64,000 bases of DNA. It comes from Jatrophihabitans sp. Its GTDB lineage: Bacteria; Actinomycetota; Actinomycetes; Mycobacteriales; Jatrophihabitantaceae. Position numbers and translations under genes: made by a program. The notes under the pieces are model-generated. The model was not told the DNA's origin. It saw nothing but the letters and a program-made list of their open reading frames with translations, and did no database searches. Below, one piece after another: positions 27,954 through 37,867 of this stretch (position 1 is the stretch's first letter; every line of letters starts with the position of its first letter). The DNA lies in the NCBI GenBank assembly GCA_036261575.1, contig DATAKO010000049.1, positions 40 to 64,039 on the forward strand. Reading direction: 5' to 3'.

Positions 27954-28969
27954 CCGGCCGGCTGGCCCGGGCCGAGCTGGCCGCCGCGGGAATCGAGCAA
28001 GCGCAGCTGGTTGAGGGCTATTGCCGGGCGCGGCGGCTCAATGCCGAGCACGGCAAGACCTACTACCTGGCCGCGCTGCTGCTGCCGGCGGCCAAGCGTC
28101 CCTACGTGCACGCGCTGTACGGCTTCGCCCGGTATGCCGACGACATCGTCGATCGGCTCGATCCGGCCAGCACCGCCGACACCCGGGCTGCGGAATTCGA
28201 CCGCTGGTGTGCCGGCTTTCGCGACGATCTGGCCGCCGGCCGCTCGAGTGACCCGCTGATCGCCGCGCTGATCGACACCAGCACCCGCTGGCAGTTGCCG
28301 CACCAGCTGTTCGGTGACTTCCTGCGGTCGATGGCGATGGACCTGACGGTGACCGAGTACCGCAGCTTCACCGAGCTGGCCGAGTACATGTGGGGTTCGG
28401 CAGCGGTGATCGGCCTGCAGATGCTGCCCATTCTCGGCTACCGGGCCGGCGAGCGGGAACGCGCGGAGCATTGCGCAGCCCAGCTGGGCCTGGCGTTCCA
28501 GCTCACCAACTTCCTGCGCGACGTGGGCGAGGACCTGGACCGTGGCCGGGTCTACCTGCCGCAGGAGTCGCTGCAGTCGTGCGGGGTCGATCTGGGCCAG
28601 CTGCAGCACGCTCGCCGGACCGGCCGGGTGGACCTGCCGATCCGCCGGTTGCTGGCGTTGGAGATCGAGCGGGCGCGCAGTCTCTACCGCGCGGCCGAGC
28701 CGGGCATCGACCTGCTCGAACCGCCCTCGCGCGAGTGCATGCGCACCGCGTTCGTGCTGTACGGCGAGATCCTGGACCGGATCGAGCAGACCGATTACCA
28801 GATCTTCGCCGGCCGCATCGCGGTTGCGCTGCCCCGCCGAGTGCAGGTGGCGGCCGGTGGACTGGCCCGATCGCGCTGGTCGCGGATGACCAGCCAGGTC
28901 AGGGGCCTTGCTCGATCCGATCGGCGATCAGCCGGTACCAGTCCTCGCCGGGGCGGCCGGTCTCGATGA
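27950..28969 (+). CDS. crtB: Phytoene synthase
   Basis: HGKTYYLA, YGFARYADDIVD, QLTNFLRDVGEDLDRGRVYLP. Confidence 0.93.
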   Translation: MTGRLARAELAAAGIEQAQLVEGYCRARRLNAEHGKTYYLAALLLPAAKRPYVHALYGFARYADDIVDRLDPASTADTRAAEFDRWCAGFRDDLAAGRSSDPLIAALIDTSTRWQLPHQLFGDFLRSMAMDLTVTEYRSFTELAEYMWGSAAVIGLQMLPILGYRAGERERAEHCAAQLGLAFQLTNFLRDVGEDLDRGRVYLPQESLQSCGVDLGQLQHARRTGRVDLPIRRLLALEIERARSLYRAAEPGIDLLEPPSRECMRTAFVLYGEILDRIEQTDYQIFAGRIAVALPRRVQVAAGGLARSRWSRMTSQVRGLARSDRRSAGTSPRRGGRSR

Positions 28970-29741
28970 ACCACGTGGCGCCCGCCTCGGCGTAGTCGGC
29001 CAGCAGCTCTGTCCGCCCGTCCGGCTCGGTCAGCTCGCTCCAGACCACCAGGTCGTAGCCGGCGAGCGGGCGCTGCTGCGCGAGATAGGCCCGCACCTCG
29101 GCCAGATCGTCCACCGAGGGACGCACCACCCGGCCTGCCGCGAACCGGATCGGCACCGCACCGTCCCAGCGCGCTGCCCGGGCGAGCGGGCGCCGGGCCG
29201 GCAGCACGCCGCCGACCCAGACCGGGATGCTGCCGCGGACCGGGCGCGGGGTGAAGCGCATCGGTGCCAGCTGGTAGTACGGTCCCTGGTGGTGGAACCG
29301 CTCGCCGCTGAAGAACTGCGCAAGCAGCTGCAGCCCCTCGTCGAGCAGCTCGGCGCGGCCTCGATCGTCTGACCGCTCCCCGAAATGTGCGAAGTCCCCG
29401 GCCGCCGGTGAGCCCAGCCCGACACCGAGCACCAGCCGGCCGTTGCTGAGGCGGTCGATGCTCACGCACTGCCGGGCCAGCGTCCAGGGGCGGCGGCGGG
29501 ACAGCGGCGTCACCATCGGCCCGAGGGTGATCCGCTCGGTGCGATCGGCCAGCACCGCCAGCACGGTCCACGGGTCGAGGATGTCCGGGCCGTTCCCGTC
29601 GTTGGCGAACAGCATGTGATCCCAGATGAAGAAGCCGTCGAAACCGGCCGCCTCCGCCTGCACGCCGAGCGCGACCAGCGCGGCCGGGTCAGTGCCGAAA
29701 CACGGGACCGCGAGCGCCCGTCGCGGTGCCGCGGCGGTCAC
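28899..29741 (-). CDS. LLM-class flavin/F420-dependent oxidoreductase
   Basis: GFDGFFIWDH, DPW, RITLGPMVTPL, GRLVLGVGLG, IPVWVGG. Confidence 0.88.
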   Translation of the reverse strand: MTAAAPRRALAVPCFGTDPAALVALGVQAEAAGFDGFFIWDHMLFANDGNGPDILDPWTVLAVLADRTERITLGPMVTPLSRRRPWTLARQCVSIDRLSNGRLVLGVGLGSPAAGDFAHFGERSDDRGRAELLDEGLQLLAQFFSGERFHHQGPYYQLAPMRFTPRPVRGSIPVWVGGVLPARRPLARAARWDGAVPIRFAAGRVVRPSVDDLAEVRAYLAQQRPLAGYDLVVWSELTEPDGRTELLADYAEAGATWFIETGRPGEDWYRLIADRIEQGP

Positions 29742-30778
29742 GAACCTGCCCCGGCCGGCTCGCCCTGGCGGCTGATCGCAGCGCGCGCCAGCGCCAACGC
29801 CCGAGCCTGCGCCAGGCCATCAGCGGCAACTGTGTGCCGGGCCGGCTCCACACCCGCCACCGCGCGCTGCACGTGCCGGATGGCGTGCTCGAAGGCGGTG
29901 CCGGCGGCAGCCGGCCAGCGCTCGACCAGCCGGCCGTCCCGCCACAGCTCGATGCCGTCGGCCGGCGTCGGGTGAAACGGGTTGCTGAGCCGCAGCTCGC
30001 CGCCGGTGCCCAGGACGCGGGTGAAGGTGGACGGTCCGCGCCGGAAGCCGGCCGACAGCAGCAGCCGGCTCCCGGCAGCGAAGTCCAACGCTGCGGCCAG
30101 TTCGATGTCGACGCCGGCGCCGGCCAGTCCGATGGCCTCGCCGGTACCGGCCGGGTCGAAGCTGGCCAGGCCGGCCGCCTGCACCGGCTCCGTGCCGAAC
30201 AGCAGCCGGGCCAACCTGATCGGGTAGCAGCCCACATCGAACAGCGCGCCACCGCCGTGCTCGGTCGAGAAGCGGAGATTGCCCCGATCGCGCAACACGA
30301 AATGGAATTCCGACTGCAGCTCGGTGACCTCGGCGACGGCGCCGTCGGCCAGCAGCTGGCGCAGCGCGTCCGTCTGCGGGTGGAACGGGAAGACGAACGC
30401 TTCCCAGATCAGCGGCTGACCGGTGGTGGTCAGCGTCGCCACCTCATCGGCCTCGATCGCCAGCGGCTTCTCGCAGAGCACGGCCTTGCCGGCAGCCGCC
30501 GCGCGCGCGGCCCACCGGATGTGTTCATCGTTGGGCAATGCGATGTACACCGCATCGATCCGCTCGTCCTCCAGCACGTCCTGGTAGCGCACCGCGGCGC
30601 CGACGCCGTGGCGCTCGGCCCAGCCGGAGGCCCGGTCTGGATCCCTGCTGCCCACCAGCTCGGCGTGCCCACCGGCCGCCCGCAGCGCCGGCAGGAATGC
30701 CTTGGCCGCGATGTTGGCGGTGCCCAGCACCGCCCAGCTCAGGCCGGGATCTGCTTGCGCAGAGGGGGTAAACGGCAT
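29738..30778 (-). CDS. Gfo/Idh/MocA oxidoreductase
   Basis: WAVLGTANIA, DAVYIALPN, VLCEKPL, GGGALFDVGCY; AAGGAG RBS. Confidence 0.92.
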   Translation of the reverse strand: MPFTPSAQADPGLSWAVLGTANIAAKAFLPALRAAGGHAELVGSRDPDRASGWAERHGVGAAVRYQDVLEDERIDAVYIALPNDEHIRWAARAAAAGKAVLCEKPLAIEADEVATLTTTGQPLIWEAFVFPFHPQTDALRQLLADGAVAEVTELQSEFHFVLRDRGNLRFSTEHGGGALFDVGCYPIRLARLLFGTEPVQAAGLASFDPAGTGEAIGLAGAGVDIELAAALDFAAGSRLLLSAGFRRGPSTFTRVLGTGGELRLSNPFHPTPADGIELWRDGRLVERWPAAAGTAFEHAIRHVQRAVAGVEPARHTVAADGLAQARALALARAAISRQGEPAGAGS

Positions 30779-30851
30779 CTCAGCTCCTTCGTCGCGCGGC
30801 GGTCGCAGTCCCTTGGATGCGCCGCCTTATGTGATCCACAACACCACTCTG

Positions 30852-30871
30852 GGCGATTGTCGACAATCGCC
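30852..30871. promoter_or_regulatory. Perfect 20-bp palindrome, probable GntR/FadR-family operator
   Basis: GGCGATTGTCGACAATCGCC in the 143-bp divergent gap; TTGT-CG-ACAA core; gntR ends the rightward operon. Confidence 0.75.
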
Positions 30872-30921
30872 TGTCGCCTTAGGCTTCGGTTCTATTCAAG
30901 CGGACAGGAGGTGGAAACGCG

Positions 30922-31953
30922 GTGAACGACGAGCTCAACGTGTTGATCGCTACCTACCTGGAGCCCGAACTGGTCGAGCGGATCGCGTCGTCGGACCCCC
31001 GGCTGCGCGTGCTGTACGAACCGGATCTGCTGCCGGTGCCACGATATCGCTGCGATCACGGTGGTCAGCCTCGCACGCTCAGCCAGGCAGAGCAGCAACG
31101 CTGGCAGGCCATGCTCGCGGCGGCCGATGTCTCCTTCGACTTCGACTGGCAGGAGCCGGCCCGGCTGCCCGAGCGTGCGCCTCGGCTGCGCTGGGTGCAG
31201 GCCACCAGCGCCGGCATCGGGGCATTCATGCGCCGCACCGGGCTGCACGAGCACGAGCTGACCGTGACCACGGCTGCGGGCATCCATGCGGTCCCGCTCG
31301 CCGAGTTCGCGGTGGCGGGTGCGCTGTACTTCATCAAGGGATTCGAGCAGCTGCGCCGGCGGCAGGCCGCCAAGCAGTGGCAGCGCTACACGACCGAGCA
31401 GCTGGCCGGCCGGTCCGTGACCGTGATCGGCCTCGGCGGTATGGGCTCGCGCACCGCCGCGCACTTCGCCGCATTGGGCGCCCGGGTCACCGGTCTGGGT
31501 CGGCCGGGCGGCCAGTACAACCTGCCTGACGGGGTGACGGTCCGCAGCACCGAGGAGCTGTCCGAGGTGTTGCCGGCCACCGATGTGCTGGTGCTGTGCT
31601 GCGCGCTCACCCCGCAGACAGAAGGCATGATCGGCGCCGCGCAGCTGGCCGCGTTGCCCGCCGGCGCCATCCTGATCAACCTGTCCCGCGGCCAGGTGGT
31701 CGACGAGCCGGCCCTGATCGAGGCGCTGGCCGCCGGCCGGCTCGCCGGCGCCTGCCTGGACGTGTTCACCGTCGAGCCGCTGCCGGCGGATTCGCCGTTG
31801 TGGGAACTGGACAACGTCATCATCTCGCCGCACTCGGCCTCGACCGTGGACACCGAGAACGCCGCGCTGACCGAGCTGTTCCTGCAGAACCTGCAGGCCT
31901 GGCGTGCCGGGCAGCCGCTGCGCAACACCTACCGGCGCGAGCTGGGCTACTGA
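30922..31953 (+). CDS. D-2-hydroxyacid dehydrogenase
   Basis: WVQATSAG, IGLGGMG, INLSRG, LDVF, EPL, ISPHSA; AGGAGG RBS. Confidence 0.92.
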   Translation: MNDELNVLIATYLEPELVERIASSDPRLRVLYEPDLLPVPRYRCDHGGQPRTLSQAEQQRWQAMLAAADVSFDFDWQEPARLPERAPRLRWVQATSAGIGAFMRRTGLHEHELTVTTAAGIHAVPLAEFAVAGALYFIKGFEQLRRRQAAKQWQRYTTEQLAGRSVTVIGLGGMGSRTAAHFAALGARVTGLGRPGGQYNLPDGVTVRSTEELSEVLPATDVLVLCCALTPQTEGMIGAAQLAALPAGAILINLSRGQVVDEPALIEALAAGRLAGACLDVFTVEPLPADSPLWELDNVIISPHSASTVDTENAALTELFLQNLQAWRAGQPLRNTYRRELGY

Positions 31954-32903
31954 TGAACGGAACCCTCGAGATGGCCGATACGACCGCGGCGCCGGCGCTG
32001 TCCGGCACCTGGTACATCGCTCCAACCCCCTTCACCGACGCGGGCGAGGTCGACGTCGATAGCCTGCAGGCCGTCGTTGCCGCCGCCGCCCGCTGGCACG
32101 CCGAAGGCATCACCATCCTCGGCGTGATGGGGGAGGCGCCGGCGCTCAGCGACGACGAGCGGCGGCTGGTGCTCAGCACGGTGGCAGCGGCGGCGCGGGG
32201 ACTGATCCCGTTCGCGGTGGGCTGCTCCTCGCCATCGGCCGGACTCACCGCGGCCCGGGTCGCCGAGGCCTGCAGCGCCGGCGCTGCAGCGGTGATGATC
32301 GCCGCCCCGACTCTGCTGCGCGATACCGACCAGCTCGGCCCGTTCTTCGCCACCGCCACCGCCGAGGCCACGGTGCCGGTCATCGTGCAGGATGAGCCGG
32401 CGGCGACCGGCGCGCCGTTGCCGGTGTCGGCGCTACTGGCCGCGTTGCAGGCGAGCGCCAGCACGACGGTCAAGTTGGAAGACCCGCCGACGCCACCCAA
32501 GATCGGCCGGCTGCTCGCGGCACGGCCCGAGCTGACCGTGTTCGGCGGTCTCGGTGGCGTCAGCGTGTACTCCGAGCTGGCTCGCGGGGCGGCCGGCACC
32601 ATGACCGGCTTCGCTTATCCCGAGATCCTGCGGGCGATCCGGCTGGCCTTCGAGGCCGGCGATCGGGCCCGTGCGGCCGCCGTCTACGACCGGTTCCTGC
32701 CCTACCTCGTGTTCGAGGGCCAGCCGGTGGCGGGCCTGGGCATCCGCAAGGAGGTGCTGCGCCGGCGCGGCGTGCTCGCCACTGCGCGGACCCGGGGCGC
32801 GCGCCCGTTGCTGGACCAGGCGACCGCAGCAGAGCTGGACGACGTGTTGGACCGGGTCGGCCTGGTGCCTGCGCCCGACGCACTCGACGTGGTCGGCGGA
32901 TGA
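31953..32903 (+). CDS. DapA/NanA-family class I aldolase/dehydratase
   Basis: PTPF, LGVMGEA, VIVQDEP, VKLED (Schiff-base Lys), GTMTG; TGATG coupling. Confidence 0.88.
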   Translation: MNGTLEMADTTAAPALSGTWYIAPTPFTDAGEVDVDSLQAVVAAAARWHAEGITILGVMGEAPALSDDERRLVLSTVAAAARGLIPFAVGCSSPSAGLTAARVAEACSAGAAAVMIAAPTLLRDTDQLGPFFATATAEATVPVIVQDEPAATGAPLPVSALLAALQASASTTVKLEDPPTPPKIGRLLAARPELTVFGGLGGVSVYSELARGAAGTMTGFAYPEILRAIRLAFEAGDRARAAAVYDRFLPYLVFEGQPVAGLGIRKEVLRRRGVLATARTRGARPLLDQATAAELDDVLDRVGLVPAPDALDVVGG

Positions 32904-33691
32904 GTCGCCCGATGCGCCGTCGGGGTGCGGTGGTCGGTGGGGGCACCGCCGGCCTGGGTGAGGCGATCGCGCAGCGGCTGGCCGCGGACGGGACCGAGCT
33001 GCTGCTCTGGTCGCGCAGCGAGCAGCGGTTGGCCGAGGCCGCCGAGCGGATCTCGAGCACCCACGCAGTGCCGGTGTACACGGTCGCTGCCGATGCCGGC
33101 AGCCCCGACGCCGCCGCCCGGGTGGCCGAAGCTGCGCAGCGAGTGCTGCCCAGCGTCGACGTCCTGGTACTCAACGCCGGCGGGCCGAAACCGTGCCCAC
33201 CGGATCGGACCGATGCCGACGACTGGCGCGCAGCGCTGCAACTGCTGACGATCACGCCGATCGAGCTGGCCACCCGGCTGCTGCCGGGGATGCGCGAGCG
33301 CGGCTGGGGGCGGGTGCTCGCCGTGCTGTCGTCCGGAGTGCGCGAACCGCTGCCGGAGCTGGCTTACTCCAACTCCGGCCGGGCGGCGCTGGCCAGCTGG
33401 TTGAAGACGGTCGGCCGGCACGTGGCCGGTGACGGAGTGACGGTGAACGGCATCGTGCCCGGCCGGATCGACACCGACCGGGTCGCCGCGCTGGACCGGG
33501 CCGCGGCGGAGCGGCAGGGCCACGATGTCGCGGAGGTGCGGCGTGCGAGCGAGGCCGGCATCCCGGCCGGTCGCTACGGCCGGCCGGAAGAATTCGCCGC
33601 AGTGGCGGGCTTTCTCTGCTCGGACGCGGCAAGCTACCTGACCGCCAGCCTGATCTCCTGTGACGGCGGCCTGATGCGGAGCCTCACGTGA
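32900..33691 (+). CDS. SDR oxidoreductase
   Basis: GGGTAGLG, LNAGGP, YSNSGR, VTVNGIVPG, CDGG. Confidence 0.9.
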   Translation: MSRPMRRRGAVVGGGTAGLGEAIAQRLAADGTELLLWSRSEQRLAEAAERISSTHAVPVYTVAADAGSPDAAARVAEAAQRVLPSVDVLVLNAGGPKPCPPDRTDADDWRAALQLLTITPIELATRLLPGMRERGWGRVLAVLSSGVREPLPELAYSNSGRAALASWLKTVGRHVAGDGVTVNGIVPGRIDTDRVAALDRAAAERQGHDVAEVRRASEAGIPAGRYGRPEEFAAVAGFLCSDAASYLTASLISCDGGLMRSLT

Positions 33692-34929
33692 GCGGCGCCG
33701 GCCCTGCGGTGTCGCCGCTGGTCGACGCGCTGCCGCCGTCGGGCATCCGGGCCATCGCCACCGCCGCCTGGGCGATCGAGGACGCGGTGCACCTGGAGTT
33801 CGGCGAGCCGGACTTCGACACGCCCGAGCACATCGTCGAGGCCGGCTTCCGGGCGGCCCGGCGCGGCGCCACCCGGTACGGCCCGTCCGCGGGGCTGCCG
33901 GCGCTGCGCGAGGCCATCTGCGCCAAGCTCGCCCGCGACAACGGCGTGGCCGGGGTTCGGCCGGAGCAGGTCATCGTCACGCCCGGCGGAGTGGGCGCGA
34001 TCGCCCTGGCATATCGAGCGGTTCTCGACCTGGGAAGCGAGGTCCTGGTACCCGATCCTGGCTGGCCGAACCTGGCCGGCATCGCTCAGCTGTACGGCGC
34101 GGAGCCGGTGCGTTACCGACTCGCGGCCGCCACTGGCTTCCGTCCCGACCTGGACCGGCTCGACGCTCTGGTCACCGAGCGGACCCGCGCCCTCGTGATC
34201 AACTCGCCGGCCAATCCACTGGGCACCGTGTGGCCGCCGGACACCCTGCGTGAGCTGGCCGACTGGGCGACCCGGCGCGGGCTGTGGATCATCTCCGACG
34301 AGTGCTACGACCAGCTCTGGCACGACCGGCCGGCCACCTCGCTGCTCCGGGTGGCGCCGGAGGCGCCGGTGATCACGGTGTTCTCGCTGTCCAAGAGCTA
34401 CGCGATGACCGGCTGGCGGGTCGGCTATGCCGTCGGTCCGGCCGAGCTGATCGGCCACCTGACCAGGATTCAGGAGACCTGGACCTCCTGCGTCAGCACA
34501 CCGACCCAGCATGCCGCGCTGGCCGCGCTCAGCGGGGACCAGGCCGGCCTCATCACGATGCGCTCGGCCTACCGCCGGCGGCGCGACGCAGCGCTGCGTC
34601 GCGCGGGCGAGCTCGGCCTGGACGTGCACCGGCCGGACGGCGCGTTCTACCTGTGGCTGCGGCTGCCGGACCGGATCACCGACTCGACCGGCTTCGCCCT
34701 GCATCTGCTGGAAGAATCCGGCGTCGCGGTGGCACCGGGCCGTGCCTTCGGGCCGGCCGGTGAAGGTCAGCTGCGGCTCTCGCTGGCCGCATCACAGGAA
34801 CACCTCGAACGTGGCCTGACGGCCATTCGGCACGCCTTGGATCGCATCGAAGACAGCTACTGCACCGACCAGGCGGGCCGACCCACCACCCCCGCACAAC
34901 GATCGGCCGCCAGCGTCGCCGGCCGATGA
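33688..34929 (+). CDS. PLP-dependent aminotransferase class I/II
   Basis: GEPDF, YGPSAG, NSPANPLG, SDECY, SLSKSYAMTGWRVG (PLP Lys). Confidence 0.93.
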   Translation: MSGAGPAVSPLVDALPPSGIRAIATAAWAIEDAVHLEFGEPDFDTPEHIVEAGFRAARRGATRYGPSAGLPALREAICAKLARDNGVAGVRPEQVIVTPGGVGAIALAYRAVLDLGSEVLVPDPGWPNLAGIAQLYGAEPVRYRLAAATGFRPDLDRLDALVTERTRALVINSPANPLGTVWPPDTLRELADWATRRGLWIISDECYDQLWHDRPATSLLRVAPEAPVITVFSLSKSYAMTGWRVGYAVGPAELIGHLTRIQETWTSCVSTPTQHAALAALSGDQAGLITMRSAYRRRRDAALRRAGELGLDVHRPDGAFYLWLRLPDRITDSTGFALHLLEESGVAVAPGRAFGPAGEGQLRLSLAASQEHLERGLTAIRHALDRIEDSYCTDQAGRPTTPAQRSAASVAGR

Positions 34930-34934
34930 CTCCG

Positions 34935-34957
34935 GGTGCGGGACGGCCACCCGCACC
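34935..34957. repeat. 8-bp stem hairpin after aminotransferase
   Basis: GGTGCGGG-ACGGCCA-CCCGCACC. Confidence 0.6.
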
Positions 34958-35133
34958 GCACGTACCGCCACAAGCACATCGCAGCACAGAGCACGCACTT
35001 CACCCGAGCACGACCCAGCAATCCGGTGCCAGCGTCGGCACCTCGACACAGTGCCCCGAGGCGGTCACTGGCAACGCTCCACACGGCAGCGGTGAATCCG
35101 CACCCTGCCCGTCCGACTCTGTCAGGAGAGACG

Positions 35134-36777
35134 ATGCTTCGATCCAGGATGTTGTTCGGCGCCGCGGTGCTCACCGCGGCTCTGACGGCAACCGCCTGCT
35201 CCGGTTCGAGCAGCAACAGCGGCAAGTCGTCCGGCTCGTCCGGCAACCCGAAGTACGGCAACACGATGACCGTTGCCTACAAGAGCGATCCCAAGACCTT
35301 CGATCCGGCGGTCTGCTACGACGCGACCTGCTGGAACAACATGCGGATGCTCTACGACCGGCTCTATGACTACATCGGCGACACCATGAACATCGGCCCG
35401 CAGGCCGCGTCGGCGATGCCGACCGTCAGCTCCGACGGCCTGACCTACGACATCAAGCTGCGCTCAGGCATGGTCTTCTCCGACGGCAAGCCGGTCACCG
35501 CGCAGGACTTCGTCTACTCCTTCGACCGGATCCTGGACCCGGCAACCAAGTCCCCGGTAGCCAGCTTCTGGACCGGGGTGGAGGGTGCCGCCGCCTATGC
35601 CAAGAACCCGACCGGAACCGTGTCCGGCATCAAGGCGGTCTCCGACACCGAGCTGCAGATCAAGCTGACCGCACCGAACAGCGCGTTCAAGTACGTGCTG
35701 GCAATGCCGCACGCCTCCGTCATCGAGCAGGGCAGCGGCTCGACCATCGCCACCAAGCCGGTCGGCTCCGGGCCGTTCACCTTCGACCACTTCACGCCCG
35801 GCCAGGAGATCGTGCTCAACCGCAACCCCAAGTACTGGGACTACCCGAAGCCGTACGTGGCCAAGGTGGTGGAGAAGCTCGGTGTCGACCCGTCCGTGGC
35901 GCTGCTGCAGCTGGAGAAAAACCAGATCGACCTGATGGGTGACCCGATCCCGCCGGCGCAGTACCTGCAGGTGAAGAACGATCCGTCGCTGAAGTCGCAG
36001 ATCAAGAACATCACCAAGCCGTCGACGTACTTCCTCACCTTGAACACCAAGATGAAGCCCTTCGACAACCCGAAGGTGCGCGAGGCCGTGTCCTACGCGA
36101 TCGACCGCTCCTTCCTGCTCAAGCTGGTCAGTGGCCAGGGCACGGCGGCCAACGAATTCCTGCCGCCGGGCATCATCGGTCACACCGATGAGAACCTGCT
36201 ACACGATCAGGACCTGACCAAGGCCAAGCAGCTGCTGGCCGACGCCGGTTACCCGAACGGCTTCTCCACCACGCTGTACTCCTGGAACACGCCGCCGTGG
36301 ACGCAGCTGCTGCCGCAGATCCAGCAGGATCTGGGCAAGATCGGCATCAAGGTGGACGCGCAGCCGATTCAGCAGAGCACCTTCTTCGACGTGGCCGGCA
36401 CCCCCGGCAAGGCGCCGATGACGCTGACCTTCTGGGTGGCGGACTACCCCGACGGCAGTGACTTCTACCAGGCTTTGCTGTCCTGCGCGGCCGCGGTGCC
36501 GGGGGGCCAGAACTACCCGTTCTACTGCAACCCGAAGGTCGATGACCTGGTGAACCAGGCGCTGGCGGCACAATCCTCGGACGAGGCCACCTCGCTCTAC
36601 ACCCAGGCGACCAAGTTGATGCTGGCTGACAACCCGATCGTGCCGCTGTTCTACGGCACCAAGACCGAGGTCTTCGGCAAGGACGTCGGCGGTTACCACT
36701 CGCAGCCGGTCTGGGGCTGGGACATGACCAACTACTGGAAGGTCAACGGCTCCAGCACCGAACCTGCCAAGGGCTGA
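35134..36777 (+). CDS. ABC oligopeptide/nickel-type (family 5) substrate-binding lipoprotein
   Basis: AGGAG RBS; signal peptide with lipobox LTATA-C; FDPA, FSDGKPVTAQDF, GSGPF, VREAVSYAIDR. Confidence 0.93.
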   Translation: MLRSRMLFGAAVLTAALTATACSGSSSNSGKSSGSSGNPKYGNTMTVAYKSDPKTFDPAVCYDATCWNNMRMLYDRLYDYIGDTMNIGPQAASAMPTVSSDGLTYDIKLRSGMVFSDGKPVTAQDFVYSFDRILDPATKSPVASFWTGVEGAAAYAKNPTGTVSGIKAVSDTELQIKLTAPNSAFKYVLAMPHASVIEQGSGSTIATKPVGSGPFTFDHFTPGQEIVLNRNPKYWDYPKPYVAKVVEKLGVDPSVALLQLEKNQIDLMGDPIPPAQYLQVKNDPSLKSQIKNITKPSTYFLTLNTKMKPFDNPKVREAVSYAIDRSFLLKLVSGQGTAANEFLPPGIIGHTDENLLHDQDLTKAKQLLADAGYPNGFSTTLYSWNTPPWTQLLPQIQQDLGKIGIKVDAQPIQQSTFFDVAGTPGKAPMTLTFWVADYPDGSDFYQALLSCAAAVPGGQNYPFYCNPKVDDLVNQALAAQSSDEATSLYTQATKLMLADNPIVPLFYGTKTEVFGKDVGGYHSQPVWGWDMTNYWKVNGSSTEPAKG

Positions 36778-36788
36778 TCACCCGCGGC

Positions 36789-36822
36789 TGAGGTGGCCCG
36801 GGCACCCTCCCGGGCCACCTCA
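36789..36822 (+). terminator. 14-bp perfect hairpin after SBP gene (mRNA-stabilising or partial terminator)
   Basis: TGAGGTGGCCCGGG-CACCCT-CCCGGGCCACCTCA, no U tract. Confidence 0.75.
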
Positions 36823-36883
36823 CGACCGGGAAACATCCCGCCGCCAGCTCCATGCCCAGCGTCGACGCGACAAGGACATCGCC

Positions 36884-37867
36884 ATGACACATCTGCTCGA
36901 AGTGGAAGACCTCACCGTGGACTTCGTCTCCGGTCTGGGTGCTGCCACCAGTGCGGTTCGGCAGGTGACGTTCAGCGTCGAGCCGGGTCAGCGGGTCGGC
37001 ATCGTCGGCGAATCCGGGTCGGGAAAGTCCGTGACCACCCAGGCCATCATGCGGCTGGTCGCCGACACCGCCCGGATCGACGGCCGGATCCGCTTCGACG
37101 GCCAGGACGTGCTCGGGCTGACCGGCAGCCAGCTGGCCGCCTGGCGCGGCTCCGACATCGGCATCGTCTTTCAGGACCCGATGTCCAGCCTGAACCCGCT
37201 GCTGCGGATCGGGCCGCAGATCACCGAGGTGCTGCAGCGCCACCGTGGGCTGTCCAAGCATCAGGCCCGCGAGCAGGCAATCCGGCTGCTGCAGACCGTC
37301 GGCATCCCGGACGCGGAGCGACGGCTGCGCGACTTCCCTCATTCCTTCAGCGGCGGTATGCGCCAGCGGGTGTGCATAGCCATCGCGGTCGCCTGCACGC
37401 CCAAGCTGCTGATCGCCGACGAGCCGACCACCGCACTGGATGTGACGATCCAGGCACAGGTGCTCGACCTGCTAGACGAGCTCAGCGAGCAGCACGGCAC
37501 CGCCGTCATCCTGATCAGCCACGACCTCGGCGTGGTGTCCAGCTTCTGCGATCGCATCCTGATCATGTACGCCGGCCGGATCATGGAGTCCGGCCCGACC
37601 GAACAGCTCATCTCCGCACCCCGGCATCCCTATACCCGCGCCCTGCTTGATTCCATTCCGCGGTTGCAGGGCCAGCTGCCAGGCCGGCTGCCGACGATTG
37701 CCGGCGCGCCCCCGGTCGGCGTGCTGACCGAGGATCGCTGCTCGTTCGCCAGCCGCTGCCCACGAGCCGAGGACCGTTGCTGGCAGCAACAACCGATCTT
37801 GCCGGCCGCCGGCTCCCAGCCGGTCGCCTGCCACTTTCCCTTGCACTCGGAGGTGATCGGGCAATGA
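36884..37867 (+). CDS. ABC peptide transporter ATPase (OppD/DppD)
   Basis: [38 protein letters not shown]. Confidence 0.95.
   Translation: MTHLLEVEDLTVDFVSGLGAATSAVRQVTFSVEPGQRVGIVGESGSGKSVTTQAIMRLVADTARIDGRIRFDGQDVLGLTGSQLAAWRGSDIGIVFQDPMSSLNPLLRIGPQITEVLQRHRGLSKHQAREQAIRLLQTVGIPDAERRLRDFPHSFSGGMRQRVCIAIAVACTPKLLIADEPTTALDVTIQAQVLDLLDELSEQHGTAVILISHDLGVVSSFCDRILIMYAGRIMESGPTEQLISAPRHPYTRALLDSIPRLQGQLPGRLPTIAGAPPVGVLTEDRCSFASRCPRAEDRCWQQQPILPAAGSQPVACHFPLHSEVIGQ

Noticed and set aside
30830-30846. CRP-like site TGTGATCCACAACACC
   Set aside because: Right half-site is a poor match to TCACA; not supportable next to the much stronger palindrome
34936-35133. Precursor peptide for a TldDE-dependent RiPP in the spacer before the SBP
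   Set aside because: No small ORF with RBS or core-like composition, and no YcaO or other maturase in the window
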